A stretch of DNA of 56,921 bases from Nemertoderma westbladi (GCA_032718475.1 JAUCBJ010005690.1:1-56921); one strand, 5' to 3'. Positions 16,601 to 31,624 are shown, numbered from the stretch's first letter. Made by a program: numbers and translations. The notes: generated by a model not told the origin, from the letters alone.

Positions 16601-19600
16601 TGAACAGAACATATGAACAGAACATATGAACAGAACAAATGAACAGAACATATGAACAGAACAAATGAACAGAACATATGAACAGAACAAATGAACAGAA
16701 TATATGAACAGAACTTATGAACAGAACATATGAACAGAAAAGATGAACAGAACAGATGAACAGAACATATGAACAGAACAAATGAACAGAATATATGAAC
16801 AGAACATATGAACAGAACATATGAACAGAACAAATGAACAGAATATATGAACAGAACATATGAACAGAATATATGAACAGAACAGATGAACAGAACATAT
16901 GAACAGAACAAATTAACAGAATATATGAACAGAACATATGAACAGAATATATGAACAGAACATATGAACAGAACATATGAACAGAACAAATGAACAGAAT
17001 ATATGAACAGAACATATGAACAGAATATATGAACAGAACAGATGAACAGAACAGATAAACAGAACATATGAACAGAACATATATATGAACAGAACATATA
17101 TATGAACAGAACAGATGAACAGAACATATGAACAGAACAAATGAACAGAATATATGAACAGAACATATGAACAGAACATATGAACAGAACAAATGAACAG
17201 AATATATGAACAGAACATATGAACAGAATATATGAACAGAACAGATGAACAGAACAGATAAACAGAACATATGAACAGAACATATATATGAACAGAACAT
17301 ATATATGAACAGAACAGATGAACAGAACATATGAACAGAACATATGAACAGAACATATGAACAGAACATATGAACAGAACAGATGAACAGAACATATGAA
17401 CAGAATATACGAACAGAACATATGAACAGAACTTATGAACAGAACATATGAACAGAACAGATGAACAGAACATATGAACAGAACATATGAACAGAACATA
17501 TATATGAACAGAACAGATGAACAGAACATATGAACAGAACATATGAACAGAACTTATGAACAGAACATATGAACAGAACAGATGAACAGAACAGATGAAC
17601 AGAACATATGAACAGAACATATGAACAGAACATATATATGAACAGAACAGATGAACAGAACATATGAACAGAATATATGAACAGAACATATGAACAGAAT
17701 ATATGAACAGAACATATGAACAGAATATATGAACAGAACAGATGAACAGAACATATGAACAGAACAGATGAACAGAACAGATGAACAGAACATATGAACA
17801 GAACATATATATGAACAGAACATATATATGAACAGAACAGATGAACAGAACATATGAACAGAACATATGAACAGAACATATGAACAGAACAAATGAACAG
17901 AATATATGAACAGAACTTATGAACAGAACATATGAACAGAACATATGAACAGAACATATGAACAGAACAAATGAACAGAATATATGAACAGAACTTATGA
18001 ACAGAACAGATGAACAGAACATACAGTATGAACAGAATATATGAACAGAACATATGAACAGAATATATGAACAGAACATATATATGAACAGAACAGATGA
18101 ACAGAACATATGAACAGAATATATGAACAGAACATATGAACAGAATATATGAACAGAACATATGAACAGAATATATAAACAGAACAGATGAACAGAACAT
18201 ATGAACAGAACAGATGAACAGAACAGATGAACAGAACATATGAACAGAACATATATATGAACAGAACATATATATGAACAGAACAGATGAACAGAACATA
18301 TGAACAGAACATATGAACAGAACATATGAACAGAACAAATGAACAGAATATATGAACAGAACTTATGAACAGAACATATGAACAGAACATATGAACAGAA
18401 CATATGAACAGAACATATGAACAGAACAAATGAACAGAACATATGAACAGAACAAATGAACAGAATATATGAACAGAACTTATGAACAGAACATATGAAC
18501 AGAAAAGATGAACAGAACAGATGAACAGAACATATGAACAGAACATATGAACAGAACATATGAACAGAACAAATGAACAGAATATATGAACAGAACTTAA
18601 GAACAGAACATATGAACAGAACATATGAACAGAACATATGAACAGAACAGATGAACAGAACATATGAACAGAATATATGAACAGAACTTAAGAACAGAAC
18701 ATATGAACAGAACATATGAACAGAACATATGAACAGAATATATGAACAGAACATATGAACAGAATATATGAACAGAACATATGAACAGAATATATGAACA
18801 GAACAGATGAACAGAACATATGAACAGAACAGATGAACAGAACAGATGAACAGAACATATGAACAGAACATATATATGAACAGAACATATATATGAACAG
18901 AACAGATGAACAGAACATATGAACAGAACATATGAACAGAACATATGAACAGAACAAATGAACAGAATATATGAACAGAACTTATGAACAGAACATATGA
19001 ACAGAACATATGAACAGAACATATGAACAGAACAAATGAACAGAACTTATGAACAGAACATATTAACAGAACAAATGAACAGAATATATGAACAGAACAT
19101 ATGAACAGAACAAATGAACAGAACTTATGAACAGAACATATGAACAGAACATATTAACAGAACATATGAACAGAACATATGAACAGAACATATATATGAA
19201 CAGAACAGATGAACAGAACATATGAACAGAACATATGAACAGAATATATGAACAGAACATATGAACAGAATATATGAACAGAACATATGAACAGAACGAA
19301 TGAACAGAATATATGAACAGAACATATGAATAGAACATATATATGAACAGAACAGATGAACAGAACATATGAACAGAACAGATGAACAGAACATATGAAC
19401 AGAAAAGAACAGAACATATCAACAGAATATATGAACAGAACATATGAACAGAACATATGAACAGAACATATGAACAGAACAGATGAACAGAACAAATGAA
19501 CAGAACATATGAACAGAACATATGAACAGAACATATGAACAGAACATATGAACAGAACAGATGAACAGAACAAATGAACAGAACATATGAACAGAAAAGA

Positions 19601-22600
19601 ACAGAACATATCAACAGAATATATGAACAGAACATATGAACAGAACAGATGAACAGAACATATGAACAGAACATATGAACAGAACATATGAACAGAATAT
19701 ATGAACAGAACATATGAACAGAACATATGAACAGAACATATGAACAGAACATATGAACAGAATATATGAACAGAACAGATGAACAGAACATATGAACAGA
19801 ACATATGAACAGAACATATGAACAGAACAGATGAACAGAACATATGAACAGAATATATGAACAGAACAGATGAACAGAACATATGAACAGAACATATTAA
19901 CAGAATATATATATGAACAGAACAGATGAACAGAACATATGAACAGAACATATATATGAACAGAACATATGAACAGAACAGATGAACAGAACATATGAAC
20001 AGAACATATTAACAGAACATATTAACAGAACAGATGAACAGAACATACAGTATGAACAGAATATATGAACAGAATATATGAACAGAACATATGAACAGAA
20101 TATATGAACAGAACATATGAACAGAACAGATGAACAGAACATATGAACAGAACAAATGAACAGAATATATGAACAGAACATATGAACAGAATATATGAAC
20201 AGAACAGATGAACAGAACATATGAACAGAACAGATGAACAGAACAGATGAACAGAACATATGAACAGAACATATATATGAACAGAACATATATATGAACA
20301 GAACAGATGAACAGAACATATGAACAGAACATATGAACAGAACATATGAACAGAACATATGAACAGAACATATGAACAGAACAAATGAACAGAATATATG
20401 AACAGAACATATGAACAGAACAGATGAACAGAACAAATGAACAGAACATATGAACAGAACAAATGAACAGAACAGATGAACAGAACATATGAACAGAACA
20501 AATGAACAGAATATATGAACAGAACATATGAACAGAATATATGAACAGAACATATGAACAGAACATATGAACAGAACAAATGAACAGAATATATGAACAG
20601 AACATATGAACAGAATATATGAACAGAACAGATGAACAGAACATATGAACAGAACAGATGAACAGAACAGATGAACAGAACATATGAACAGAACATATAT
20701 ATGAACAGAACATATATATGAACAGAACAGATGAACAGAACATATGAACAGAACATATGAACAGAACATATGAACAGAACATATGAACAGAACATATGAA
20801 CAGAACAGATGAACAGAACATATGAACAGAATATATGAACAGAACATATGAACAGAACTTATGAACAGAATATATGAACAGAACATATGAACAGAATATA
20901 TGAACAGAACATATGAACAGAACAGATGAACAGAACAAATGAACAGAACATATGAACAGAACAAATGAACAGAACAGATGAACAGAACATATGAACAGAA
21001 CAAATGAACAGAATATATGAACAGAACATATGAACAGAATATATGAACAGAACATATGAACAGAACATATGAACAGAACAAATGAACAGAATATATGAAC
21101 AGAACATATGAACAGAATATATGAACAGAACAGATGAACAGAACATATGAACAGAACAAATGAACAGAACAGATGAACAGAACATATGAACAGAACAAAT
21201 GAACAGAATATATGAACAGAACATATGAACAGAATATATGAACAGAACATATGAACAGAACATATGAACAGAACAAATGAACAGAATATATGAACAGAAC
21301 ATATGAACAGAATATATGAACAGAACAGATGAACAGAACAAATGAACAGAACATATGAACAGAACAAATGAACAGAACAGATGAACAGAACATATGAACA
21401 GAACAAATGAACAGAATATATGAACAGAACATATGAACAGAATATATGAACAGAACATATGAACAGAACATATGAACAGAACAAATGAACAGAATATATG
21501 AACAGAACATATGAACAGAATATATGAACAGAACAGATGAACAGAACATATGAACAGAACAAATGAACAGAATATATGAACAGAACATATGAACAGAACA
21601 TATGAACAGAACATATGAACAGAATATATGAACAGAACATATGAACAGAATATATGAACAGAACAGATGAACAGAACAGATAAACAGAACATATGAACAG
21701 AACATATATATGAACAGAACATATATATGAACAGAACAGATGAACAGAACATATGAACAGAACATATGAACAGAACATATGAACAGAACATATGAACAGA
21801 ACATATGAACAGAACATATGAACAGAACATATGAACAGAACATATGAACAGAACATATGAACAGAACATATGAACAGAACATATGAACAGAACATATGAA
21901 CAGAACAGATGAACAGAACATATGAACAGAATATATGAACAGAACATATGAACAGAACTTATGAACAGAACATATGAACAGAACAGATGAACAGAACATA
22001 TGAACAGAACATATGAACAGAACATATATATGAACAGAACAGATGAACAGAACATATGAACAGAACATATGAACAGAACTTATGAACAGAACATATGAAC
22101 AGAACAGATGAACAGAACAGATGAACAGAACATATGAACAGAACATATGAACAGAACATATATATGAACAGAACAGATGAACAGAACATATGAACAGAAT
22201 ATATGAACAGAACATATGAACAGAATATATGAACAGAACATATGAACAGAATATATGAACAGAACAGATGAACAGAACATATGAACAGAACAGATGAACA
22301 GAACAGATGAACAGAACATATGAACAGAACATATGAACAGAACATATGAACAGAACATATGAACAGAACATATATATGAACAGAACAGATGAACAGAACA
22401 TATGAACAGAACATATGAACAGAACATATGAACAGAACAAATGAACAGAATATATGAACAGAACTTATGAACAGAACATATGAACAGAACATATGAACAG
22501 AACATATGAACAGAACAAATGAACAGAATATATGAACAGAACTTATGAACAGAACAGATGAACAGAACATACAGTATGAACAGAATATATGAACAGAACA

Positions 22601-25284
22601 TATGAACAGAATATATGAACAGAACATATATATGAACAGAACAGATGAACAGAACATATGAACAGAATATATGAACAGAACATATGAACAGAATATATGA
22701 ACAGAACATATGAACAGAATATATAAACAGAACAGATGAACAGAACATATGAACAGAACAGATGAACAGAACAGATGAACAGAACATATGAACAGAACAT
22801 ATATATGAACAGAACATATATATGAACAGAACAGATGAACAGAACATATGAACAGAACATATGAACAGAACATATGAACAGAACAAATGAACAGAATATA
22901 TGAACAGAACTTATGAACAGAACATATGAACAGAACATATGAACAGAACATATGAACAGAACATATGAACAGAACAAATGAACAGAACATATGAACAGAA
23001 CAAATGAACAGAATATATGAACAGAACTTATGAACAGAACATATGAACAGAAAAGATGAACAGAACAGATGAACAGAACATATGAACAGAACATATGAAC
23101 AGAACATATGAACAGAACAAATGAACAGAATATATGAACAGAACTTAAGAACAGAACATATGAACAGAACATATGAACAGAACATATGAACAGAACAGAT
23201 GAACAGAACATATGAACAGAATATATGAACAGAACTTAAGAACAGAACATATGAACAGAACATATGAACAGAACATATGAACAGAATATATGAACAGAAC
23301 ATATGAACAGAATATATGAACAGAACATATGAACAGAATATATGAACAGAACAGATGAACAGAACATATGAACAGAACAGATGAACAGAACAGATGAACA
23401 GAACATATGAACAGAACATATATATGAACAGAACATATATATGAACAGAACAGATGAACAGAACATATGAACAGAACATATGAACAGAACATATGAACAG
23501 AACAAATGAACAGAATATATGAACAGAACTTATGAACAGAACATATGAACAGAACATATGAACAGAACATATGAACAGAACAAATGAACAGAACTTATGA
23601 ACAGAACATATTAACAGAACAAATGAACAGAATATATGAACAGAACATATGAACAGAACAAATGAACAGAACTTATGAACAGAACATATGAACAGAACAG
23701 ATGAACAGAACATATGAACAGAACATATGAACAGAACATATATATGAACAGAACAGATGAACAGAACATATGAACAGAACATATGAACAGAATATATGAA
23801 CAGAACATATGAACAGAATATATGAACAGAACATATGAACAGAACGAATGAACAGAATATATGAACAGAACATATGAATAGAACATATATATGAACAGAA
23901 CAGATGAACAGAACATATGAACAGAACATATGAACAGAACATATGAACAGAACATATATATGAACAGAACAGATGAACAGAACATATGAACAGAACATAT
24001 GAACAGAACATATTAACAGAATATATGAACAGAAAAAATGAACAGAACATATGAACAGAACAAATGAACAGAACATATGAACAGAAAAGAACAGAACATA
24101 TCAACAGAATATATGAACAGAACATATGAACAGAACATATGAACAGAACATATGAACAGAACAGATGAACAGAACATAACATATGAACAGAACATATGAA
24201 CAGAAAAGAACAGAACATATTAATAGAATATATGAACAGAAAAAATGAACAGAACATATGAACAGAACAAATGAACAGAACATATGAACAGAAAAGAACA
24301 GAACATATCAACAGAATATATGAACAGAACATATGAACAGAACATATGAACAGAACAGATGAACAGAACATATGAACAGAAAAGAACAGAACATATCAAC
24401 AGAATATATGAACAGAACATATGAACAGAACATATGAACAGAACATATGAACAGAACAGATGAACAGAACATAACATATGAACAGAACATATGAACAGAA
24501 AAGAACAGAACATATGAACAGAACATATGAACAGAACATATGAACAGAACAGATGAACAGAACATATGAACAGAACAGATGAACAGAACATATGAACAGA
24601 ACAGATGAACAGAACATATGAACAGAACAGATGGACAGAACATATGAACAGAACATATGAACAGAATATAGGAACAGAACATATGAACAGAACAGATTAA
24701 CAGAACAGATGAACAGAACATATGAACAGAACATATGAACAGAACATATGAACAGAATATATGAACAGAATATATGAACAGAACATATGAACAGAACATA
24801 TGAACAGAACATATGAACAGAATATATGAACAGAATATATGAACAGAACATATGAACAGAACATATGAACAGAACAGATGAACAGAACATATGAACAGAA
24901 CAGATGAACAGAACATATGAACAGAACAGATGAACAGAACATATGAACAGAACAGATGGACAGAACATATGAACAGAACATATGAACAGAATATAGGAAC
25001 AGAACATATGAACAGAACAGATTAACAGAACAGATGAACAGAACATATGAACAGAACATATGAACAGAACATATGAACAGAATATATGAACAGAATATAT
25101 GAACAGAACATATGAACAGAACATATGAACAGAACATATGAACAGAATATATGAACAGAATATATGAACAGAACATATGAACAGAACATATGAACAGAAC
25201 ATATGAACAGAATATATGAACAGAATATATGAACAGAACATATGAACAGAACATATGAACAGAACAGATGAACAGAATATATGA
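1691..25284. repeat. 13-bp satellite array (GAACAGAACATAT)n, ~23.6 kb, roughly 1,800 monomers
   Basis: Directly visible tandem repeat. Variants include ...CAGAT, ...TATAT, ...CAAAT, ...CTTAT, ...CGAAT and a 17-bp ...CATATATAT form. Monomer count is length/13 and approximate. Confidence 0.99.
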
Positions 25285-25774
25285 TAACTGAACAGGCTCT
25301 GTCCCATCCGCAACAATTGTAGACAACCAGATATAAAATATTGCTTGGAAACTTTAAAACACCACACTAGTAATTATAAAGCAATATTTTAGTACTGTAA
25401 TATTTAACTTTCTAAAAACTTCTTTTTTGCCTTTGTCCCGTCCGCAACGCGGTACAGATTTGATAAGAATCACCCAGGTGTAGTGGAAGCAAAAGAGAGC
25501 AACTAGTGCGATAAGACGCAAAAAATACAGGACAAATGGACAAGGAGTCTTTAATTACAGAGCGATATTAGTGTGTTCGAGTCGTCAGGTATTATAGTTG
25601 GAAACCACAGAGTTGACATGGAAGTTGGTTTGTTCCTTAAACTCTAATGTAGGATCTGTATTCAAAAACCTGATAACACAGCTGAATAATTATACTATAT
25701 TTTACTACAGTTGTAAAATAATCAGATAGGGGGGGGGGGGGGGGGGGGGGGACTGGACGCAATAAAAATGTATC

Positions 25775-25892
25775 CCTCTCCAGGGAAAATTCGACGCAAA
25801 TAACAGCTGATTACTCTCAAAAGTAAAACTGTAACCTGTTCTATAGTGTTTAGTTTATTGTTTTGGTTAAAATAACGTGCCACTGTAACCTG
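25775..25892. repeat. Short dispersed repeat, copy 1 (second copy at ~29629-29972)
   Basis: CTCTCCAGGGAAAATTCGACGCAAATAAC and GTTTATTGTTTTGGT...GCCACTGTAAC recur in the same orientation at 29631 and ~29930-29970; both copies are next to or contain poly-G/C tracts. Confidence 0.6.
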
Positions 25893-26220
25893 CTCCATCC
25901 CTAAATTGAGAATTTAACATTGAGGCCGGATATTAATTCGCCAAGGCGGGTTATGTCCCCACACCTCTATTAAAATCCTCGATAAAAAATATTAGATTAT
26001 AAAATTTGAATTAACCCCCACCCAACACTACATAAACAACCGACCGCCGCCCAATATCATAAACCTCCCACTACATATCCAAAAATACCAATCCACCCGC
26101 CCCCAGACACACCACACCCACCAACACCAGTCATACATAGGATAATATGAATTATAGTAACATCATCATTTATAATCCTAAATAAACCAATACAATTAAA
26201 TTTAACTTATATTAAACGAA

Positions 26221-27180
26221 TTATTTATTATTACAAAAAGCTTTAATTTTCTCTGTAATAGAATATATAGCAGTTGTAACGGGAGTTTCATGGTTTCCAG
26301 AGTTACTATCGAACAAATTACTACCAAAGTCGCTGGCCTCCCCCAACCGGGGATCCAAAGGCACCGAGCCGAGAAACGGAACACCCATGGACTCGCACAT
26401 TCCAACAGCGCCCCCCGTAGTCCCCGCGAACACCTCACTAACACCCCGACAGTTCGGGCACACGAACTCCGTCATGTTCTCAACCACTCCGATGATAGGC
26501 AAACCAACTCGTCGACAGAAAGTAACTTCCTTTCGAACATCGAGTAGCGAAACCTCCTGCGGAGTTGTAACGATGACAACGCCGTCGCAGCCCACAGCTC
26601 CGAGGTACTGAACGATGGACAGGTGTTCGTCGCTAGTCCCTGGAGGAGTGTCTACTAGCATGTAGTCTATCTCGCCCCAATCAACATCGCGAAGGAACTG
26701 TTTAATCATCCCGTTCTTACGAGGGCCGCGAAAGATTATGGCGTCGTCTTCCGCTGGGAGGAGAAATGAGATAGACATTGTGTTTAACTTGTCGTCTACG
26801 TAGACTGGGGACCAACCGGAGCCGCTCTGGTGGACAGTCTCGCCCTGCACGCCCAGGATCCGTGGCATAGAGGGACCGCAGATGTCTGTGTCTACCACCG
26901 ACACCTGAGAATCCGACCGACAGAGGGCGTACGCGAGGTTAGCGGTCAGCGTGGACTTACCCACACCGCCTTTACCGCTGAGGATTACGATTTTGTGGGC
27001 GACGCCGCACAATCGGGATCGAATCGTCTCGATGTCCGGGTCCGGGCCCGTTTTTGCGGCGCCGCTCGCGCATATTTTTTGGTTGGGGCAGCCGCTACAC
27101 GGGGTGGCTTTACCAGCGGTGTCGCTAGCGGTTCCCGGACAGTGGGCCGGTGCGTCAGCAGGAACATCTACAACCTCCAT
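26221..27180 (-). CDS. NUBP1: Cytosolic Fe-S cluster assembly factor NUBP1/Nbp35 (Mrp/NBP35 P-loop NTPase), single exon
   Basis: N-terminal CX13CX2CX5C motif (HCPG...[11 protein letters not shown]), deviant Walker [40 protein letters not shown]. Likely ATG at 27180 (MEVVDVP); alternative in-frame ATG at 27207. Confidence 0.96.
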   Translation of the reverse strand: MEVVDVPADAPAHCPGTASDTAGKATPCSGCPNQKICASGAAKTGPDPDIETIRSRLCGVAHKIVILSGKGGVGKSTLTANLAYALCRSDSQVSVVDTDICGPSMPRILGVQGETVHQSGSGWSPVYVDDKLNTMSISFLLPAEDDAIIFRGPRKNGMIKQFLRDVDWGEIDYMLVDTPPGTSDEHLSIVQYLGAVGCDGVVIVTTPQEVSLLDVRKEVTFCRRVGLPIIGVVENMTEFVCPNCRGVSEVFAGTTGGAVGMCESMGVPFLGSVPLDPRLGEASDFGSNLFDSNSGNHETPVTTAIYSITEKIKAFCNNK

Positions 27181-29163
27181 ACTGGTATCGGTACGGCGGT
27201 ACACCATACAACGAGGTGGAAAACTCAAACACTGCAACACACTGTCTGATTGTCACTGTGCGCAAATTGCCAATTGGCTTATTGGGATGTCGTTTCAGCC
27301 TTCTCATTGGCAGATAGCGATAGGGTTCATGTTAAATTATTGATCATTATTGAAAAATTAGTGCCTAGACAGCTAGAAGTTAAAATTTTACTGTAAACTG
27401 TGTTCCTAAATGAGTTTATTGTTTGGGTTTGAAAAGCCTACCGTTATAACCTGCTACTTTCCTTTAAAAGGTACCTTAAATGGTGAATACCTGAATACAG
27501 GAATATCGAAATTAAATATTCGTGAAATTAAGTTAATATGATAAAATAGGCTGAATGTGAAACGACACCCCACTTCTGCACTTATTGGTAATATGGGCAC
27601 TGTGCACTGACAACAAACTTGATTTAATTAGTAAGGCATCAAATCAAGAGCTGAAGAGACAGTCAGAAATACAGCCAGAAAGTAGCACAGTAGGTACCGT
27701 ACGGTAGCTGTTTAGGTAGGGAATTTATATTGTCACTAACTCAAGTCATAACATAACAGATAACACTACACATTAATTAAACATTTTTTTTTTACTTAAC
27801 ACAAAAAAATTATACTTATGAAAAAATTACGATAAAATGAATCCATGCACTGTATATTATTATTATATTTAGTATTCGATAATTGTATTGTAATAGACGA
27901 AAGTTTATTGCGGAATAAAAATGAAGTAGTTATTTTGGTCCTTTACTTTAATAATAATTTGAAAACATTTCACCTAAAACTGAATGAATGAATGACTCTA
28001 TATTGTATACTGTAAACTCCAACTTTTTATACAGTATCTATATCTCACTCATGCTAGCTAGCTATCTCATTTTACATTATATTGTATTATAGGGTATCGT
28101 AAAATATTTACGGTTTATTTGCTGATATATTATCTCGACAGACAGTGCGGTATGTACAAAGCATATACTGTTCTGTAGCTGATAGACCACACTATCTGCG
28201 CCGACCACCTGCGGCGAATACCACCACAGTATGTCAATATGAAGGATTTGATATAAAATTTTAAGTTTGTTTTTTTATATTTTTTTTTATTTATTTTACA
28301 GTTGTATAGACCTTGTTTTTTCTTTCTTCATTCGTTAGTAATTTCAATTAAGTCTTAGAGTGTCTGTGGATGGAGATGCCTTAATGGATCTCACCGATAA
28401 GAATGTGAAACTGTTGTTAACAGTGGACAGGATTTTTAGGAATTAAATTACGTATTACATAAAAAAAATTGTAATATCCTTTATTACACCATAAGGATGT
28501 AATATCAGGATTGCTCAGAAATTCGCGGGAAATAAAGCAGTTTTATTCCATGTTATAAATAAGATGCGGTTTGGTGCGGATTGACAACGGAGCGGATTTA
28601 TAAACGGGTCATCCAATATGAGAAAGAATAGATAGGAAATTTAACTATAGAAATAACAGAATGATAACACCACCGTAAAACTAGAATAAATTAAGTTAAC
28701 CAATAATTTTGCATCAATTTTGCATGTTGCTACGAAACTGTTAGTTACTCATTCACTAACCAATGATAGACCTTCCAGTATACGATTTTATAATGATTGC
28801 CTTATTTTTAACAGGGATTTTACCCAGTTTCCCATCATGATACCTACGAAATTAAATAGAAATTACATACTATATCATATAAAATATAATGCAAAGTGAA
28901 ATATAAAATTTCCAAGGAAAGAAACTGAATTTAAAGTGTTACTTGGTTGCCAGGTATTTCAATATTATTGTTTACCTCACTGTCATAGTGACCCAGTGGT
29001 ATTTCCCTCTACAATATATCTTCATGACACTATGAGCTTTATATTTCCAACCATTTTACTAATAATTTATTCGCGCAAGTTGAATAAAATAATTAAATAA
29101 TTTAACTGACTATTATTATATTGTAGTAGTTGTTTCAACGAGTAAGTTAAGTAATAAAACAAT

Positions 29164-29538
29164 ATGTTAAACCATTCGATATTTGTCTCTGTCGTCATAG
29201 TTGGGGCTACGGCGGTTTTAAATGAAATTATATCGCAAACTACAATCCCTTGCGTGTTTGGTGGGGATATTGGGGACACGGTGTGTCGGTTAGCAGATAC
29301 CGGGTTCAGCACCGGCGAAACTAAGTGTTGCAGTGATGGATTCTGTTGCAACGTCGTGCAAAACTTCGTAGAAGACTATGTCTCTGTTTTTCCCATGGAA
29401 GCTATTATCGGTATTTGTGCCGGTGGATTTGTTCTCATCGTGGTTCTTTGTATCTGCCTTTGTTGTTGTTGCTGTGGTAAAAAGGAGACGACTGAAGTCC
29501 ATCATCATCATCCTATGACTGTTGCCATGGGCCCATGA
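29164..29538 (+). CDS. Shisa-like/WBP1-VOPP1-type single-pass membrane protein (six-cysteine ectodomain), 124 aa
   Basis: ATG start, hydrophobic signal-peptide-like N-terminus, C..C..CC..CC ectodomain, TM helix (AIIGICAGGFVLIVVLCICL), juxtamembrane CCCCC, short tail with HHHH. Confidence 0.75.
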   Translation: MLNHSIFVSVVIVGATAVLNEIISQTTIPCVFGGDIGDTVCRLADTGFSTGETKCCSDGFCCNVVQNFVEDYVSVFPMEAIIGICAGGFVLIVVLCICLCCCCCGKKETTEVHHHHPMTVAMGP

Positions 29539-29628
29539 TCACGGACACACAATAGTATGACTCGCTAAGTGTCAATATAAATTATTTTTTAGAAAGATGG
29601 GGGACTTTTGTTATAATGAAAATTCAAA

Positions 29629-29972
29629 CCTCTCCAGGGAAAAATCGACGTAAATAACTGCTCATGTAAAGCAAAAGCTGTTCAGAAATCTGTGCTATTA
29701 GCTAGCTCGTTTTTTTTTTATTATAATAACATGCCACCATAAGCTGCTCCTTTCCATAAATGATAATTAACAATTCACCAAGATGTGACCATTTGCCGAG
29801 ATCGCATTTACGTGAATAGAACCCCCATCCCCCCCCCCCCCCCCTCCCCTCCCCCAACCCACCGACCCCCCCCCCCCCCCCCACCCATCATAGATAGTGG
29901 CGCAAATTGAACGTAAGTGAAATATAGTTTTGTTTATTGTTTTGGTCAGAAGACACTGCCACTGTAACATGC
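29629..29972. repeat. Short dispersed repeat, copy 2, with internal poly-C tracts
   Basis: Shares two sequence blocks with 25775-25892. Confidence 0.55.
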
Positions 29973-30136
29973 AATAATCTCATAATTGTATTAAATTATA
30001 TTTAAAGTTTTTTTAGCCCAATTAACGCATATTATTTGGTGTCAATTTGTGCAATTACATACACCCCCCCCCCCCCCCGCACATGTTTCAATTTTACAAA
30101 TTCCGTAAAATACCCGTACCGTATATTACAGTAGTA

Positions 30137-31038
30137 CACCATGTCCTGGAATATAGTGTCGTTATTCAGGTACCTGCCCCCCCCCCCCAAATTTTTCTAC
30201 AAATCTTAATGAGATTGCATGAAATTTGAAACAGAGATAGTTTCACCTCCCTCTCCTCCGTGGGTGAGCCAGAATTTTTATTTTTGCTTTCATTCTTTAG
30301 CTACAAGTGTTTGAAAAAGGTGTCTCCGGCGATATTTCACAGGTCACAGTACGCAATCATTCTTCAACCTTATTGTGATTTGATGGTACCAATAGAAAGC
30401 TGCCCATGCAAGGATTCCAAATATGTAAAAACATTTGAATTTGGTTGGGAAATAGCTGAGATATGGGCATTCGAATGTTGCATGTATTTGCTTCCCCTGC
30501 AGGCCATTTATTCTATTTAATAAATGTACCATATTCTAGAACATTTTGTTTATTCCATACGTAGCTGGGCAACAATGCAATACCTCTTTAATTATACTAT
30601 TACGTAGCTATTCATAAATAAACAAAATGTTCTAGAATATGGTATTTTTATTTAATAGAATAAAATAGCCTCATGCAGATGCAAAACCATGCAACTTTTG
30701 AACGCTCATATCTCAGCTATTTCCCAACCAAATTCAGATGTTGTTACATATTTGGAATCCTTGCATGGCCAGCTTTCCATCAGTACACATACTAAGGTTG
30801 AAGAATAATTGGAGTGTAACTGGTGAAATATCACCGGAGACACCTTTTTAAACGCTTGTAGCTAAAGATTGAAAGCGAAAATAAAAATTCTGGCTCACCC
30901 ACGGAGGAGGAGGGAGGTGAAACTGATCTTGTTTCAAATGTCATGCAATCTCATTAAGATTTGTAGAAAAATTTTTGGGGGGGGGGGGGGGGGGGGGGCA
31001 GGTACCTGAATAACGACACTATATTCCAGGACATGGTG
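30137..31038. mobile_element. Foldback/palindromic MITE (~900 bp) with TA target-site duplication
   Basis: TA|CACCATGTCCTGGAATATAGTGTCGTTATTCAGGTACC...GGTACCTGAATAACGACACTATATTCCAGGACATGGTG|TA. The imperfect inverted arms run ~420 bp inward to a ~60-bp spacer (~30556-30615). Confidence 0.9.
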
Positions 31039-31624
31039 TATTGGATTTGACTTGTTGATCATCATCTGAGGGCCAATTATACAATGGACTTCTAGAATAT
31101 TATTTATACTGATATATATTATTCATTTTTTATTTTGGTATTAATTAATATTCTAGAAGTGCATGATTTTATCTATGGTTTTGTGCTGAATGTAGTAGGC
31201 TACTGTAGGCCTATTATAATGATACTGAATAATATCAATTTCCATAAGTGCCAATATTTACTTGTCCTATTGTTAATCGCGTGTGATACTATAATCCTTC
31301 ATAGACTATGTCTAGAAGTCTACGAGCCCAGAAATATAGTTATCATCCTCGGGGTTTTGAGTAATTATGGGATATGTTTCATTTCATTTTATCAAAGGAA
31401 TTCATCAAGTCACGGCTGCTTTAATAAGATAGAAATATGTACAGTATGTATATCAATAAGCACAGCATATTACAGGCATATACATTTGTAGCGAGAGCTT
31501 GTAAGGAGCTCCTAAAGGGACATTAAAAAGAAACAACGCGAAATCGCGCAAAGGTCCGCGTCTACTAACGCATGAACTGTTTCCTTGAATGGCTTACTAC
31601 CAATCTTACAACAAAAAACATTCA

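Noticed and set aside
1691-25284. CRISPR-like array, telomere repeat, or steroid-receptor (AGAACA) / heat-shock (nGAAn) element cluster
   Set aside because: No unique spacers, interstitial position with many variants, and only direct-repeat half-sites; no support beyond short motif coincidence.
1607-25367. Dozens of long minus-strand ORFs (MFCSYVLFICSVH)n, up to 1773 aa
   Set aside because: The 13-mer has no stop codon on that strand and gives the same 13-aa peptide in all three frames; an artefact of the satellite.
26010-26130. G-poor C/A-rich tract where most Gs are in CpG (deamination-like pattern)
   Set aside because: Too short to distinguish from an ordinary GU-rich downstream region of NUBP1.
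26290-27343. Plus-strand ORFs overlapping NUBP1, and similar antisense ORFs across the LTR element
   Set aside because: Shadow ORFs of real coding sequence with no recognisable motifs.
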